DNA from: an uncultured Thiothrix sp.
Lineage (GTDB): Bacteria > Pseudomonadota > Gammaproteobacteria > Poriferisulfidales > GCA-002705445
Assembly: GCA_902595225.1 (NCBI GenBank)
Contig: CACJPG010000001.1
Span: 149,161-213,160 of the forward strand
Direction: 5' to 3'
DNA length: 64,000 nt
The notes below the pieces were generated by a model. It had not been told where the DNA came from. It saw nothing but the letters and a program-made list of their open reading frames with translations, and searched no databases. Every line of letters starts with the position of its first letter. Within the stretch, counting starts at the first letter, position 1. The position numbers were made by a program, and so were the translations under genes. Positions 10,677 through 20,987 of this stretch are shown here, piece by piece.

Positions 10677-12424
10677 TATTTAAATAATTGAGAATTATAA
10701 AGTTTATAATAGTAATCCTTTTTGCTAATTAAATCATCGTGATTTCCAGATTCAATAATTGAACCATTTTCCATTACAACAATATTATTTGCTTTCTCTA
10801 CAGTTGACAGTCTATGGGCAATTATAATAGTTGTCTTCCCAATTTTAAGCTCATCTAAAGCTTTTTGAATACATTTTTCAGAAACACTGTCTAACGATGA
10901 AGTTGCTTCATCAAAAATTAAAACTGGTGAATCTTTTAAGAAAGCTCTTGCTATAGCAAGCCTCTGTCTTTGTCCACCAGATAAAAGTACTCCATTTTCA
11001 CCTATTATAGTATTAATTCCATTTGGCATTTCATTTACAAATTCGAGAGAGTAAGATTTTTCAAGAGCTGATATTATACTGGATTCATCAATATTATTTT
11101 GCCCATATATAATATTATTTTTAACTGTATCATTAAATAAAATTGTATCTTGACCAACATAGCTCATATTTTTCCGTAAGGCATTTAAAGTTAAATCCAT
11201 AGTATCTATGTTATCTATTTTTATTTTTCCTGAAGATGGGTTGTATAATCTTGGAATTAGGTTAACTAAAGTTGATTTTCCGCATCCTGACATCCCTACT
11301 AAAGCAATAAATTCACCTACCTTAATCTCTAAATTTATATTCTTTATTACAGGTGAATTATTATTAGGATAAAGAAATGAAACATTTTCAAATACTATAT
11401 TATTCTCTATATTTAAATTATTTATATTCCCTTTATCATTTTCTTTATTCTCATCAATAAGTTCAAAAACATTTTCACCAGCAGCAATTCCTTGTTGTAA
11501 TCTAGCATTAATACTTGCAAGGCCTCTTGCCGGGCCAAGTATCATGAACATAGCAAACATAAAGGAAACAAATGATCCAACAGTAATAGTTTCTAATATA
11601 AAATCAAATGTTGAAACTAAAATTATTCCGGATAACGCCGAACCGACAATTAACATTATAACAGCACTATTTATGCCTTCAGTTAATGCTAAATTCATGT
11701 GAGCTTTTCTATTATCATCATTTGTATTTTCAAATCTAAATGTTTCTTTTTCATAACCTTTAAAAATTTTTACAATTTTATTTCCTTGAATTACCTCTTG
11801 AGCAACATGAATTATGCCTCCAACAGAATTTTGGGCGTCATGAGTTAAAGAACGAAATTTTTTATTTAAAGAACTTACTAAAAGGACTATAAATGGTGCC
11901 GCTAGTAAAAAAATTAATGTTAGTTCCCAGCTAAGATAAAACATCCATACGAGTAAGCCAACGATGGTAAGTGTATCTCTTATCAAAATAATAAGACTTC
12001 TAGCCGCAACGGAAGACAAAAGTTCTACATTATGCGAAATTCTAGACATAATATCGCCTGAAGATGTTTTATCGTAAAAGGATACAGGCAAATCAAGCAA
12101 ATTTTTAAACATCATTTCTCTAAGTCTATATACAAGGGATCGTCCAACTTTTGCCATAAAATAAATAGTAAGAAATATTCCAAAAGATCTTATTATAAAT
12201 ATTGCAAAAAGCCCAAATGGTAACAAAGAAATCACATTAGGATCTCTTTGAATAAAACCTCCATCAAGTATAGGTTTCATAATTGCTGAGAGCGCAGGAT
12301 CACTAACCGCTGTAATGACCATACCAAAAATTGCAATAGCTACTGGAGTGGAATTATTTCTTAAGGCTATACGTATAAGTCTTTTATAAATTTTCCACCC
12401 ATTTTTTTGGGTACTTTTTTCCAA
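10676..12424 (-). CDS. msbA: lipid A export ABC transporter, fused permease/ATPase
   Basis: 6-TM N-terminal domain plus an ABC ATPase (GMSGCGKST, LSGGQRQR, ILIFDEATS). Confidence 0.9.
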   Translation of the reverse strand: MEKSTQKNGWKIYKRLIRIALRNNSTPVAIAIFGMVITAVSDPALSAIMKPILDGGFIQRDPNVISLLPFGLFAIFIIRSFGIFLTIYFMAKVGRSLVYRLREMMFKNLLDLPVSFYDKTSSGDIMSRISHNVELLSSVAARSLIILIRDTLTIVGLLVWMFYLSWELTLIFLLAAPFIVLLVSSLNKKFRSLTHDAQNSVGGIIHVAQEVIQGNKIVKIFKGYEKETFRFENTNDDNRKAHMNLALTEGINSAVIMLIVGSALSGIILVSTFDFILETITVGSFVSFMFAMFMILGPARGLASINARLQQGIAAGENVFELIDENKENDKGNINNLNIENNIVFENVSFLYPNNNSPVIKNINLEIKVGEFIALVGMSGCGKSTLVNLIPRLYNPSSGKIKIDNIDTMDLTLNALRKNMSYVGQDTILFNDTVKNNIIYGQNNIDESSIISALEKSYSLEFVNEMPNGINTIIGENGVLLSGGQRQRLAIARAFLKDSPVLIFDEATSSLDSVSEKCIQKALDELKIGKTTIIIAHRLSTVEKANNIVVMENGSIIESGNHDDLISKKDYYYKLYNSQLFK

Positions 12425-12466
12425 TTTCTTATATACTTAATTAAATAAACTACTTATTTTACAGAA

Positions 12467-12970
12467 ATGATAAAAAATGTAATCAAAAGATTATTTCCTA
12501 AGCTAGATGCTGTTAAAGAAGAAAAAATTTTAAAAATATTTGGGCCTGCTGTTCTTCAGCCTAATCTATGGCACATTAATAAGAAATCCGTATCTAGAGG
12601 CTTTGCTATAGGTGCTTTTTGCGCATTCTTACCAATACCAGGGCAAATGTTACTTGCGGCATTTCTAGCAATCACTTTTGCGGGAAATTTACCAATATCA
12701 TTGATACTTACTTGGATAAGCAACCCCTTTACATATACGCCAATATTTTATTTTGCTTATAGAATTGGAAAATTTTTTATAACTGATACCTCAAATTTTT
12801 ATATAGAAAATGATGAGATAAATTTACTTTCTAATATTATTGATATTTGGGAGCCACTACTAATTGGATCATTACTTCTTGCAACTATAGGATCCTTAAT
12901 TAGCTATATATTTATACGTCTTTATTGGAGGTACTATGTTCTTAAAATTTGGGCAAAAAGAAAAAGTTAG
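12467..12970 (+). CDS. DUF2062-family membrane protein
   Basis: 167 aa. Resembles the conserved RGFAIGAFCAFLPIPGQMLLAAFLAI core of DUF2062, recalled from memory. Confidence 0.55.
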   Translation: MIKNVIKRLFPKLDAVKEEKILKIFGPAVLQPNLWHINKKSVSRGFAIGAFCAFLPIPGQMLLAAFLAITFAGNLPISLILTWISNPFTYTPIFYFAYRIGKFFITDTSNFYIENDEINLLSNIIDIWEPLLIGSLLLATIGSLISYIFIRLYWRYYVLKIWAKRKS

Positions 12971-12975
12971 AATTT

Positions 12976-13644
12976 TTATAAAGATTTAATTTCGCCACTG
13001 ATAATAGCAATTTTTTTATCAAGCATTTGAGTAAGCTGATCATCATGTGTAGCAACCATCAGAATTGTGTTATTAATTTTTGCAAGATCATTAAGAAGTG
13101 AAAAAATATTTTTTGCATTTTTATTATCTAAGTTTCCAGTGGGCTCGTCTGCAAATATTATTTTTGGCTTATTAATTATTGCTCTGGCAATAGCAACTCT
13201 TTGTCTTTCCCCTCCAGAAAGCTTGTCTATTTGGAAATATTTTCTCTTACTTAGCCCTATCTTATCTATAATATCGTTCACATAACCAAAAACTTCATCT
13301 TTTTTCATATTTTGTAGAAGCAGCGGTAAGGATATATTTTCAAAAACATTAAGCTCTTTTATTAAGTGATGAAACTGATATATAAAACCTATTTTTTCAA
13401 GTCTGAATTTACTCTGTTCATAATCTTTTAGTTGTGACATTTTGATATTATCTATAATGATTTCTCCTGAACAGGCATCTTCTAGACCTGAAGCAATGTG
13501 TAATAATGTACTTTTCCCACTACCTGAGGCTCCTGTTACAGCAAGTGACTCTCCTTCTTTAAGTTCTATATTAATATTCTTTAATATGTGGTTCTTGTTT
13601 TGCCCATCATCAAAGACTTTGTTTATATTCTTGCACACAAACAT
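12976..13644 (-). CDS. lolD: lipoprotein-releasing system ATP-binding protein
   Basis: ABC ATPase motifs (GASGSGKST, LSGGERQR), directly upstream of the LolC/E permease. Confidence 0.85.
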   Translation of the reverse strand: MFVCKNINKVFDDGQNKNHILKNINIELKEGESLAVTGASGSGKSTLLHIASGLEDACSGEIIIDNIKMSQLKDYEQSKFRLEKIGFIYQFHHLIKELNVFENISLPLLLQNMKKDEVFGYVNDIIDKIGLSKRKYFQIDKLSGGERQRVAIARAIINKPKIIFADEPTGNLDNKNAKNIFSLLNDLAKINNTILMVATHDDQLTQMLDKKIAIISGEIKSL

Positions 13645-13646
13645 AA

Positions 13647-14891
13647 TTAATTACCTTTAAGAACTTCTGCCGGCATTGTTTTAGATGCCTTAACTGCAGG
13701 ATAAATTGTAGCGAGAACTGCAAAAAAAAATGAAATGATAGATACATAAATTAAATCTAAAAATTCAAGTTTAGCAGGTACATCACTTATCATGTATATA
13801 TCTGAATCAAGAATACTTCTGCCAAGAATATTTTCAATAAAAGATACAACAATATCAAGATTTAAAGATAGAAAAACTCCTAAAATCAAGCCAAGTATAA
13901 TTCCAACAATTCCCAGAAAAATCCCCTGATATATAAAAATATACATAATTTTATTTGCACTCATTCCAATAGTTTTTAAAATTGCGATGTCCGATTTTTT
14001 CTCAGAAACAACCATAAACAAAGATGAAATAATATTAAATGTAGCAACAAGAACAATTAATAACATCAATAACATTAGCATTGTTTTTTCCATCTGAAGT
14101 GCTTTAAAGAAATTTTTATTCATCATTGTCCAGTCTATAACAATATAATTATTTCTAAATTTTGAATTTATTATTCCTGCCATTCTTGGAGATTTAAAAA
14201 GGTCATATAGTTTTAGTCTTAAACCAGTAATATTTTGATCCATATCGTATAACTTTTTTGCCTCATCAATATTAATAAAAACTAAATTTTTATCATATTG
14301 AGCCATACCAAATTCAAAAATTGAACTTACCTCGAATCTTTTTAATCTTGGTATAATTCCGATCATAGTTGTATTTGTTCTAGGGATTACTAAAGTTATT
14401 TTATCGCCGATTTTTAAATTCATTTTCTTTGCTAAATCAGCGCCAACAGAAATTTGATATGGCTCTTTGCCAATAAGATCAATATTTCCATCAACAATGT
14501 TGTCTGAAAGACTAGTAACATTTTTTTCATATTCTGGAATTATTCCTTTTAACTGAACTCCGTGGACATTTCCATTGTGACTAAACATAGCTTGACCCTC
14601 AACATATGGCGCGGAGCCAACGACTAATTCATTTTGATCTATTTCTTTTTTTAGTTGCTGCCAGTTTTCAAGAGTATAATTTTTTTCAGTAATAATCACG
14701 TGGGATACCATGCTTAAAATCTTGTCTCTCATTTCACTATGAAAACCATTCATAATTGACATTACTACCACAATTGCTGCAATGCCAAGTGCAATACCTA
14801 TTATTGATGATTTTGAAATAATAGCTGTAAATCTGCTATTTTTCTTAGAACGCAAATATTTATATGCCATAAAAAAAGATAAATAATTCAT
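13647..14891 (-). CDS. lolE: lipoprotein-releasing system permease, LolC/LolE family
   Basis: 414 aa, MacB-like periplasmic domain between TM1 and TM2 and a FtsX-type C-terminal 3-TM bundle. Confidence 0.85.
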   Translation of the reverse strand: MNYLSFFMAYKYLRSKKNSRFTAIISKSSIIGIALGIAAIVVVMSIMNGFHSEMRDKILSMVSHVIITEKNYTLENWQQLKKEIDQNELVVGSAPYVEGQAMFSHNGNVHGVQLKGIIPEYEKNVTSLSDNIVDGNIDLIGKEPYQISVGADLAKKMNLKIGDKITLVIPRTNTTMIGIIPRLKRFEVSSIFEFGMAQYDKNLVFINIDEAKKLYDMDQNITGLRLKLYDLFKSPRMAGIINSKFRNNYIVIDWTMMNKNFFKALQMEKTMLMLLMLLIVLVATFNIISSLFMVVSEKKSDIAILKTIGMSANKIMYIFIYQGIFLGIVGIILGLILGVFLSLNLDIVVSFIENILGRSILDSDIYMISDVPAKLEFLDLIYVSIISFFFAVLATIYPAVKASKTMPAEVLKGN

Positions 14892-15796
14892 TATTCGTCT
14901 GTAACAATAGAGTTAATTTTGAGCAGTAAGTAATTTGACGCTTCTAATTTTATTGGTTTAGATATACCTATAAAATCCCCAGGCATTACCATTGCTCTTT
15001 TTGTTTTAGAAATTCTTGCTTCGATTATTACCTCCTCAGCAGAGGACAAGGTTTGGTTTTCAATCATATTCATAGTATTATCTAGTTTTACATTATAGCT
15101 ATTTTTCTTTAAAGCAACGTCATATATATCAATAGCAAGTGGCACCCGCATACCATTACTTCTTCTAGCATAAACAAATAAAACTTCATTGCCAGTTATT
15201 TTAGGCAATATTTCTTCATGAATTATGACTGTTACGTCAATAACTGGCTCTTTTGATGCAAAAAAATTAGAAACTTTATATTTCATGAAGTCACTGGAAC
15301 TGATATACATAAAAAGCGCAAAAATTGGAATAAAAATAGCAAAAAATACTTTTATGTATTTATTTATATAAACCTTACTTTCTCCTGAAATATTATCCTC
15401 GCCAAAATTATTTTCTTCTAATAAAATTCTCTCGGAATTTTTTCTCCTAAAAATAAAAAAAATATAAATAAGAGACAAAACTAGAATTATAAATGGGCCA
15501 TACCATAGTATTAAGGTTGAATTTTTTATAGGAGGATTGTAAAGAACATAATCTGTATATCTATCAGCCATAAATTTATAAATTTCTTTGTCTGATTTCC
15601 CTTCATCCAACATGCTTCTAACTTTAGATCTCAAATCTTTCGCTAAATTTGAATCAGATTCGGATAAAGATTGATTCTGGCAAACAAGACACCTTAAGTT
15701 TTCTATTATTTCATTGTACTCCCTTTCACTATTATTGCTAAACGACGAGCTTGATAGTATAAAAATAAGAAAATAATATAAAAGCTTTCTATTCAT
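14891..15796 (-). CDS. ccmH: cytochrome c-type biogenesis protein CcmH (CycL) with an extended C-terminal domain
   Basis: Signal peptide and LRCLVCQNQS CXXC motif of CcmH. It is 301 aa, about 150 aa longer than a minimal CcmH. Confidence 0.75.
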   Translation of the reverse strand: MNRKLLYYFLIFILSSSSFSNNSEREYNEIIENLRCLVCQNQSLSESDSNLAKDLRSKVRSMLDEGKSDKEIYKFMADRYTDYVLYNPPIKNSTLILWYGPFIILVLSLIYIFFIFRRKNSERILLEENNFGEDNISGESKVYINKYIKVFFAIFIPIFALFMYISSSDFMKYKVSNFFASKEPVIDVTVIIHEEILPKITGNEVLFVYARRSNGMRVPLAIDIYDVALKKNSYNVKLDNTMNMIENQTLSSAEEVIIEARISKTKRAMVMPGDFIGISKPIKLEASNYLLLKINSIVTDE

Positions 15797-16361
15797 TTTT
15801 TAAAAGAGGTAAAATTATATTTTTAAAGTAATTCTTGTCTATGGGGCCTACATGTTTGTGAATAATTACACCCTTACTATTTATTAAAAAAGTTTCTGGC
15901 GCCCCATAAACACCAAAATCTATTCCTATATCACCCTTATTATCAATAATATTTTTTTTGTAGGGATTTCCTCTTTGTTTTAACCACTTTATTGCAGAGT
16001 CTTTGTCATCTTTATAATTCAGCCCATAAATACTTATTCTATTTGTCTCATATATATCTATCAAATTATTATGCTCTAAAGTACATGCGTAGCACCAACT
16101 TCCCCAAACATTAAGTAATATATAGTTTCCTAATAGATCTTTTTCAGTGATACTTGTGTCATCCAGTAAGGTTTTAGATTGAAACTCAGGAATCTTTTTT
16201 CCAATTAAAGGCGATGGAATTAAAGTTGGGTCCTTACCTAGGCCGCTAAACAAAAAATATAGTATCATTACAAAAAAAATTATCGGAAGAATTGATTTTT
16301 TTGAGGTCATTTCACGTTTTTCTTGGAAATTTTTCTTTCCCAAATATACCAAAAATTCCAC
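15789..16361 (-). CDS. ccmG: thiol:disulfide interchange protein CcmG/DsbE
   Basis: WGSWCYAC thioredoxin CXXC, membrane anchor, sits inside the ccm operon. Confidence 0.85.
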   Translation of the reverse strand: MEFLVYLGKKNFQEKREMTSKKSILPIIFFVMILYFLFSGLGKDPTLIPSPLIGKKIPEFQSKTLLDDTSITEKDLLGNYILLNVWGSWCYACTLEHNNLIDIYETNRISIYGLNYKDDKDSAIKWLKQRGNPYKKNIIDNKGDIGIDFGVYGAPETFLINSKGVIIHKHVGPIDKNYFKNIILPLLKNE

Positions 16362-18252
16362 CCAAAATCATTAGAAGAGCACCGTACCATATAAATTGAA
16401 TGAAAGGTTTGTAATAGATTCTTACAACCCATGAATCATCAGAAAATTTGTCACCCAATGCAATATATATATCTCTTAGAAGGTTTGAGCTAATAGCAGC
16501 TTCTGTCATCACATTTTTTTGTATATTATAAGTTCTTTTTTCAGGGAAAAATGATAATTTATAAGATTTATCTTCGAAGGTATCAAATATTCCAACTTGT
16601 GATGAATAATTACTTGCTATTTTATCTTCAACACCAATAAATTTTACTGTCACTTGCCTAATGACAACTGATGTACCTTCTTTCATAATAATTTCTTTCT
16701 GCTCTGAGAAATATGTGCTTATTGTTATTCCTATAATTAAAACACCAATTCCTACATGTGAAAATGAATTTGCAAATAATGTACTTGGCGTTGATATAAT
16801 TTTATCAAATAAACCTTCATCCCTTCTGATTAATAAGATTTGAATTAGCTTTACAACTGAAGAAAGAATTGTAAATACTGCTAGAAAAATAGCTAGGTAA
16901 ACAACAAAGATATCACTTTCGAAAATAAAATTCATAAATACATAAGATATAATTATTGAATAAAAGAATAAAGATGAAAGCAATTTTTTGAATCTTCCAT
17001 AATCTGTATTTTTCCAACTACTATAAATTGCAGGCGCCATCAGAAAAACAATTGGCAGCATTAATGCAGAAAATATAAAATTGAAATATGGAGCACCAAC
17101 TGATATTTTACCTAAATCTAATGAGCTTGTTATCAATGGATACAAAGTTCCTAATAAAATCGCAAATGTTGTAATTGTTAAAAACAGATTATTTATAAGT
17201 AAAATAAATTCTTTTGATGAGACCTGATAGCTTTTTTTAGAAATTAAACTAGATGAATTCATAAAGTACAAAATTAGCGATAGCCCAACAATTAAGGTTA
17301 AAAATAATAAAATATATAGTCCTCTTTCAGGATCATTTGCAAATGCATGAACTGAAACTAATATTCCTGAGCGAACTAAAAATGTTCCCAGTAAACTTAA
17401 TGAAAATGTAAGTATTGATAATAAAATACTCCAGCTTATAAAAATACCTCGTTTCTCTGATACAATTAATGAGTGCAATAATGCTGTAATTGCAAGCCAA
17501 GGCATAAAAGATGCATTTTCAACAGGATCCCAAAACCACCAGCCTCCCCAACCAAGTTCGTGATATGCCCACCAACTTCCAAGAGATATTCCAACTGTTA
17601 AAAACATCCACGATGAAATTACCCATTTTCTGAGCCATGATATCCACTCTATTTTTATGCTTTTATTTATCAAAACAGCAACTGCAAAAGCAAAGGGTAC
17701 GCTGGTTCCAACATAGCCCAAATATAAAAGCGGGGGATGTATTATTAATCCAGGATCTTGTAACAAAGGGTTTAGATCTCTTCCATTTTCAGGAACAGGA
17801 AATATTCTATCAAATGGATTAGATGTTATGAGAATAAACAGTAAAAAAAATGTTAATAAAAGAGCCATGATAGAAAGCATATCTGTGACAAATTTTTTAG
17901 GTAATGAAGTTGAGTAAATACCAATTAATGCAGCCCATGCAGATAGAACAAGAACCCATAGAAGAATCGAACCCTCATGAGCTCCCCAGACCGCTGAAAA
18001 CTTATATACTTTTTCAAGTGTAAGATTTGAATTATTTGCAACATATCTTAATGAAAAGTCATCAATAAGAAAAGCATATGCTAAAAGACCAAAGGAAAGA
18101 AATATTAAAAGAAAACTAAATTTTGTAAATTTAAGACATATATTATGTCTAATATTAGTATCAACGGAATCTTTAAAGAACAATAAAATTGTCGAGCATA
18201 AGGACAAAGATAAAGCTACACTCAAGAATAAATTTCCAAATTCAGTTATCAT
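16312..18252 (-). CDS. ccmF: cytochrome c-type biogenesis heme lyase subunit CcmF
   Basis: 646 aa polytopic protein, WGGWWFWDPVEN tryptophan-rich motif. Confidence 0.9.
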   Translation of the reverse strand: MITEFGNLFLSVALSLSLCSTILLFFKDSVDTNIRHNICLKFTKFSFLLIFLSFGLLAYAFLIDDFSLRYVANNSNLTLEKVYKFSAVWGAHEGSILLWVLVLSAWAALIGIYSTSLPKKFVTDMLSIMALLLTFFLLFILITSNPFDRIFPVPENGRDLNPLLQDPGLIIHPPLLYLGYVGTSVPFAFAVAVLINKSIKIEWISWLRKWVISSWMFLTVGISLGSWWAYHELGWGGWWFWDPVENASFMPWLAITALLHSLIVSEKRGIFISWSILLSILTFSLSLLGTFLVRSGILVSVHAFANDPERGLYILLFLTLIVGLSLILYFMNSSSLISKKSYQVSSKEFILLINNLFLTITTFAILLGTLYPLITSSLDLGKISVGAPYFNFIFSALMLPIVFLMAPAIYSSWKNTDYGRFKKLLSSLFFYSIIISYVFMNFIFESDIFVVYLAIFLAVFTILSSVVKLIQILLIRRDEGLFDKIISTPSTLFANSFSHVGIGVLIIGITISTYFSEQKEIIMKEGTSVVIRQVTVKFIGVEDKIASNYSSQVGIFDTFEDKSYKLSFFPEKRTYNIQKNVMTEAAISSNLLRDIYIALGDKFSDDSWVVRIYYKPFIQFIWYGALLMILGGIFGIFGKEKFPRKT

Positions 18253-18697
18253 TTTTGTAAATAGATCCTTCTTTTTCTTTCATCATATCTGCAACTTCAG
18301 GTGGCATATAATTTTCATCATGTTTTGCCAATACTTCATTTGCAACAAATGTATTCTCATTAATTAGTTTTCCCGTCATTACAACTCCTTGACCCTCGGC
18401 AAAAAGATCTGGCAAGATACCTTCATATTTTATATTTACTTCTTTATTAAGATCATAAATTTTGAAGGATACCTTCAAGCTGTCATTTAATTTTTTAAAA
18501 GAACCAATCTTTACCATTCCACCTATTCTAATAAATTTATTAATTGGGGCTTCCTTATTAATTACCTGGGAAGGTGTGTAAAAATAGACCATATTTTTAC
18601 TAAAAGCATAAATTAATAATGAACTAAAAGCAGTTATAGCAAAAAAGAAAACCAAAACCTTGATCATTCTATTTTTATTAGTCTGAGTTATTTTCAT
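18242..18697 (-). CDS. ccmE: cytochrome c-type biogenesis heme chaperone CcmE
   Basis: 151 aa, N-terminal anchor, OB-fold with a C-terminal histidine region. Confidence 0.9.
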   Translation of the reverse strand: MKITQTNKNRMIKVLVFFFAITAFSSLLIYAFSKNMVYFYTPSQVINKEAPINKFIRIGGMVKIGSFKKLNDSLKVSFKIYDLNKEVNIKYEGILPDLFAEGQGVVMTGKLINENTFVANEVLAKHDENYMPPEVADMMKEKEGSIYKNDN

Positions 18698-18822
18698 TTT
18701 TTCTTTTTAAAATTTTTCTCTTAAGTTTTAAGTGTGGTTGTATATAGCAAAGTAATAATACAACTAATGAAAATGAGTACGCTATATAAACAAATATTGT
18801 ATGCTTTCCTAAATATAAAAAC

Positions 18823-19551
18823 TCAACCATTCAAATACTCCTCCATCCATTTACTCTTTTTTTCTCTACTATAAATACCTAATTGAACTCTTTTAATTAA
18901 AACGGCTACAAAGTATAAATTAAACACGACAAACATGTACAAAAGTGGCAAAAGCATTGATATATGCATAGAGGGCTGATCAAACTTTGTAACAGAGGGT
19001 CCTTGATGCAAGGTGTTCCACCATTCTACTGAAAAATGAATAATTGGAATATTAACTAAACCTACAATCGTTAGAAGTGAGGTAATTTTTACAGCTTGTC
19101 TCTTGTCAGAAAAAGACGAATATAAAGCAATAATTCCAATATATAAAAATAAAAGTATGAGTTCCGAAGTTAGTCTAGCGTCCCAAACCCAATATGTTCC
19201 CCAAGTTGGCTTTCCCCAAACCATTCCGGTTACTAAAGCTATTAATGTAAAATAAGCACCAATTGGTGCACATTGAATACTAATAATTTCCATTATTTTC
19301 ACTTTCCAAACAAGTGATATAAATCCAGCAAAGGCCATAATCATGTATACCTGTAGAGAAAGCCAAGCAGCTGGAACATGCAAATACATGATTCTATAGC
19401 TCTCGCCCTGAAGATAATCTGACGGAGCTACAAATAATCCCCAATAGATACCACCAAGCATTAAGAAAAATGTTAAATATCCTAAGAACTTTGACAAGTT
19501 TTTTGTTTTTGTAAAAAAGAACTTCAAATTTGCAATTTTTGATATATTCAT
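18823..19551 (-). CDS. ccmC: heme exporter protein CcmC
   Basis: WGTYWVWDARLTSE tryptophan-rich motif. Confidence 0.9.
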   Translation of the reverse strand: MNISKIANLKFFFTKTKNLSKFLGYLTFFLMLGGIYWGLFVAPSDYLQGESYRIMYLHVPAAWLSLQVYMIMAFAGFISLVWKVKIMEIISIQCAPIGAYFTLIALVTGMVWGKPTWGTYWVWDARLTSELILLFLYIGIIALYSSFSDKRQAVKITSLLTIVGLVNIPIIHFSVEWWNTLHQGPSVTKFDQPSMHISMLLPLLYMFVVFNLYFVAVLIKRVQLGIYSREKKSKWMEEYLNG

Positions 19552-19553
19552 AA

Positions 19554-20216
19554 TTAATTATTGATACTCAAACTTAAGGTGTATTTTAATAAATAAGGCA
19601 TAGTTGGTAAAACAAAAACAAGTAATGCTAATAAAATATATATTTGCATTTCATATGGTGTGCCTGATGATACAGACTCAATAGCACTAGCAGAAAATAT
19701 TAGAATAGGAATAAAAAAAGGTAAAATAATAATTGGTACTAAAATACTATTTTTTGCTAAGCCTAATGTTAATGCTGAACCAAAAATACCAATCGATATC
19801 AAAACTGGAGATCCAATAACTAATGTAGAGATAATTATAAAAGAATCCTTCATTGATATATTAAAAAAAATAGAGACAAGAGGAATAAATATAATTATGG
19901 GAAAGCATGTAAATAACCAGCACGAAATTATTTTTAGGAATAAGATAAATTCAACAGATGAATCCGATGTCAGAAATGTTTCTAAGTATCCATTATTATA
20001 ATCATCTTTAAAAAAGTTATTTGAGCTAAGCAAAGTTGTAAATATAATTGTTATCCACACTATTCCTGGAACTATTTTATTAAGTAAAACTTTATCAGGA
20101 CCAATTAATAAAGGAAATATTGAAATTATCAAAAAAAAGAATATTAAAGGTAAAAATATACTGCTTAAATTACGAAAATAATTTTGAAATTCTTTATAAA
20201 ATAATGTTTTGATCAT
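19554..20216 (-). CDS. ccmB: heme exporter permease CcmB
   Basis: 220 aa, 6-TM, positioned between ccmA and ccmC. Confidence 0.85.
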   Translation of the reverse strand: MIKTLFYKEFQNYFRNLSSIFLPLIFFFLIISIFPLLIGPDKVLLNKIVPGIVWITIIFTTLLSSNNFFKDDYNNGYLETFLTSDSSVEFILFLKIISCWLFTCFPIIIFIPLVSIFFNISMKDSFIIISTLVIGSPVLISIGIFGSALTLGLAKNSILVPIIILPFFIPILIFSASAIESVSSGTPYEMQIYILLALLVFVLPTMPYLLKYTLSLSINN

Positions 20217-20872
20217 AATGAATTATCCATATAAAAAACTTTTGAATTACCAATGTCGACAGAAAAATCAATATGTGAAGATGCTATAATAATACCTCCT
20301 CCTATTAGATGATTATTTAATAATTTAAGAACTTTGTTAGCTCCATTTTCGTCTAAATAACTTAGTGGTTCATCTAATAACCATACCTTTTTATTTGTTA
20401 ATAATAGTCTAGTTAATGACGTCTTTTTTTTATTACCTTCAGAAAGTTTTGATACTAAATAATTTTTATAATTTTCTATACCAAAGAAACTCAAATTTCT
20501 TGTTATTTCGGATTTAATATTATTTTGAATTGACCTGTCTAGTGCGCAAAGGTATTCTAAATTTTCGAAAACAGTTAAACTATCATTCAAACTATTTTTA
20601 TGCCCTATATACAAGAAATTTCCAAGGTGTTGACTATCACCATGAGATATATCAACATTATTTAACTTGATTGCTCCCTCCTCTAATTTTTGAATGCCAC
20701 AAATTGACTTGATAAATGTGGTTTTACCGCATCCATTTGGCCCCATTACTAGAAGAAGTTCCCCACTTTTTAAAGTATAATTTATATCACTAAATATTGT
20801 ATTATTACTTTTTAAACAAGTAGCTGAACTAATTGAAATCTCAAAGTTTTCCAAGGCATTTTCCATATACAT
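20213..20872 (-). CDS. ccmA: heme exporter ATP-binding protein CcmA
   Basis: ABC ATPase (GPNGCGKTT Walker A), first gene of the ccm block. Confidence 0.85.
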   Translation of the reverse strand: MYMENALENFEISISSATCLKSNNTIFSDINYTLKSGELLLVMGPNGCGKTTFIKSICGIQKLEEGAIKLNNVDISHGDSQHLGNFLYIGHKNSLNDSLTVFENLEYLCALDRSIQNNIKSEITRNLSFFGIENYKNYLVSKLSEGNKKKTSLTRLLLTNKKVWLLDEPLSYLDENGANKVLKLLNNHLIGGGIIIASSHIDFSVDIGNSKVFYMDNSL

Positions 20873-20987
20873 TATTTAGGTCATATTAACATATGATATA
20901 ACCTATATAAATTACGCATAGTACCCCTTTTTACGAAATAATAATGTAAAATACCTATCCAAATTAAAATTTTCTCACAAATACAAA

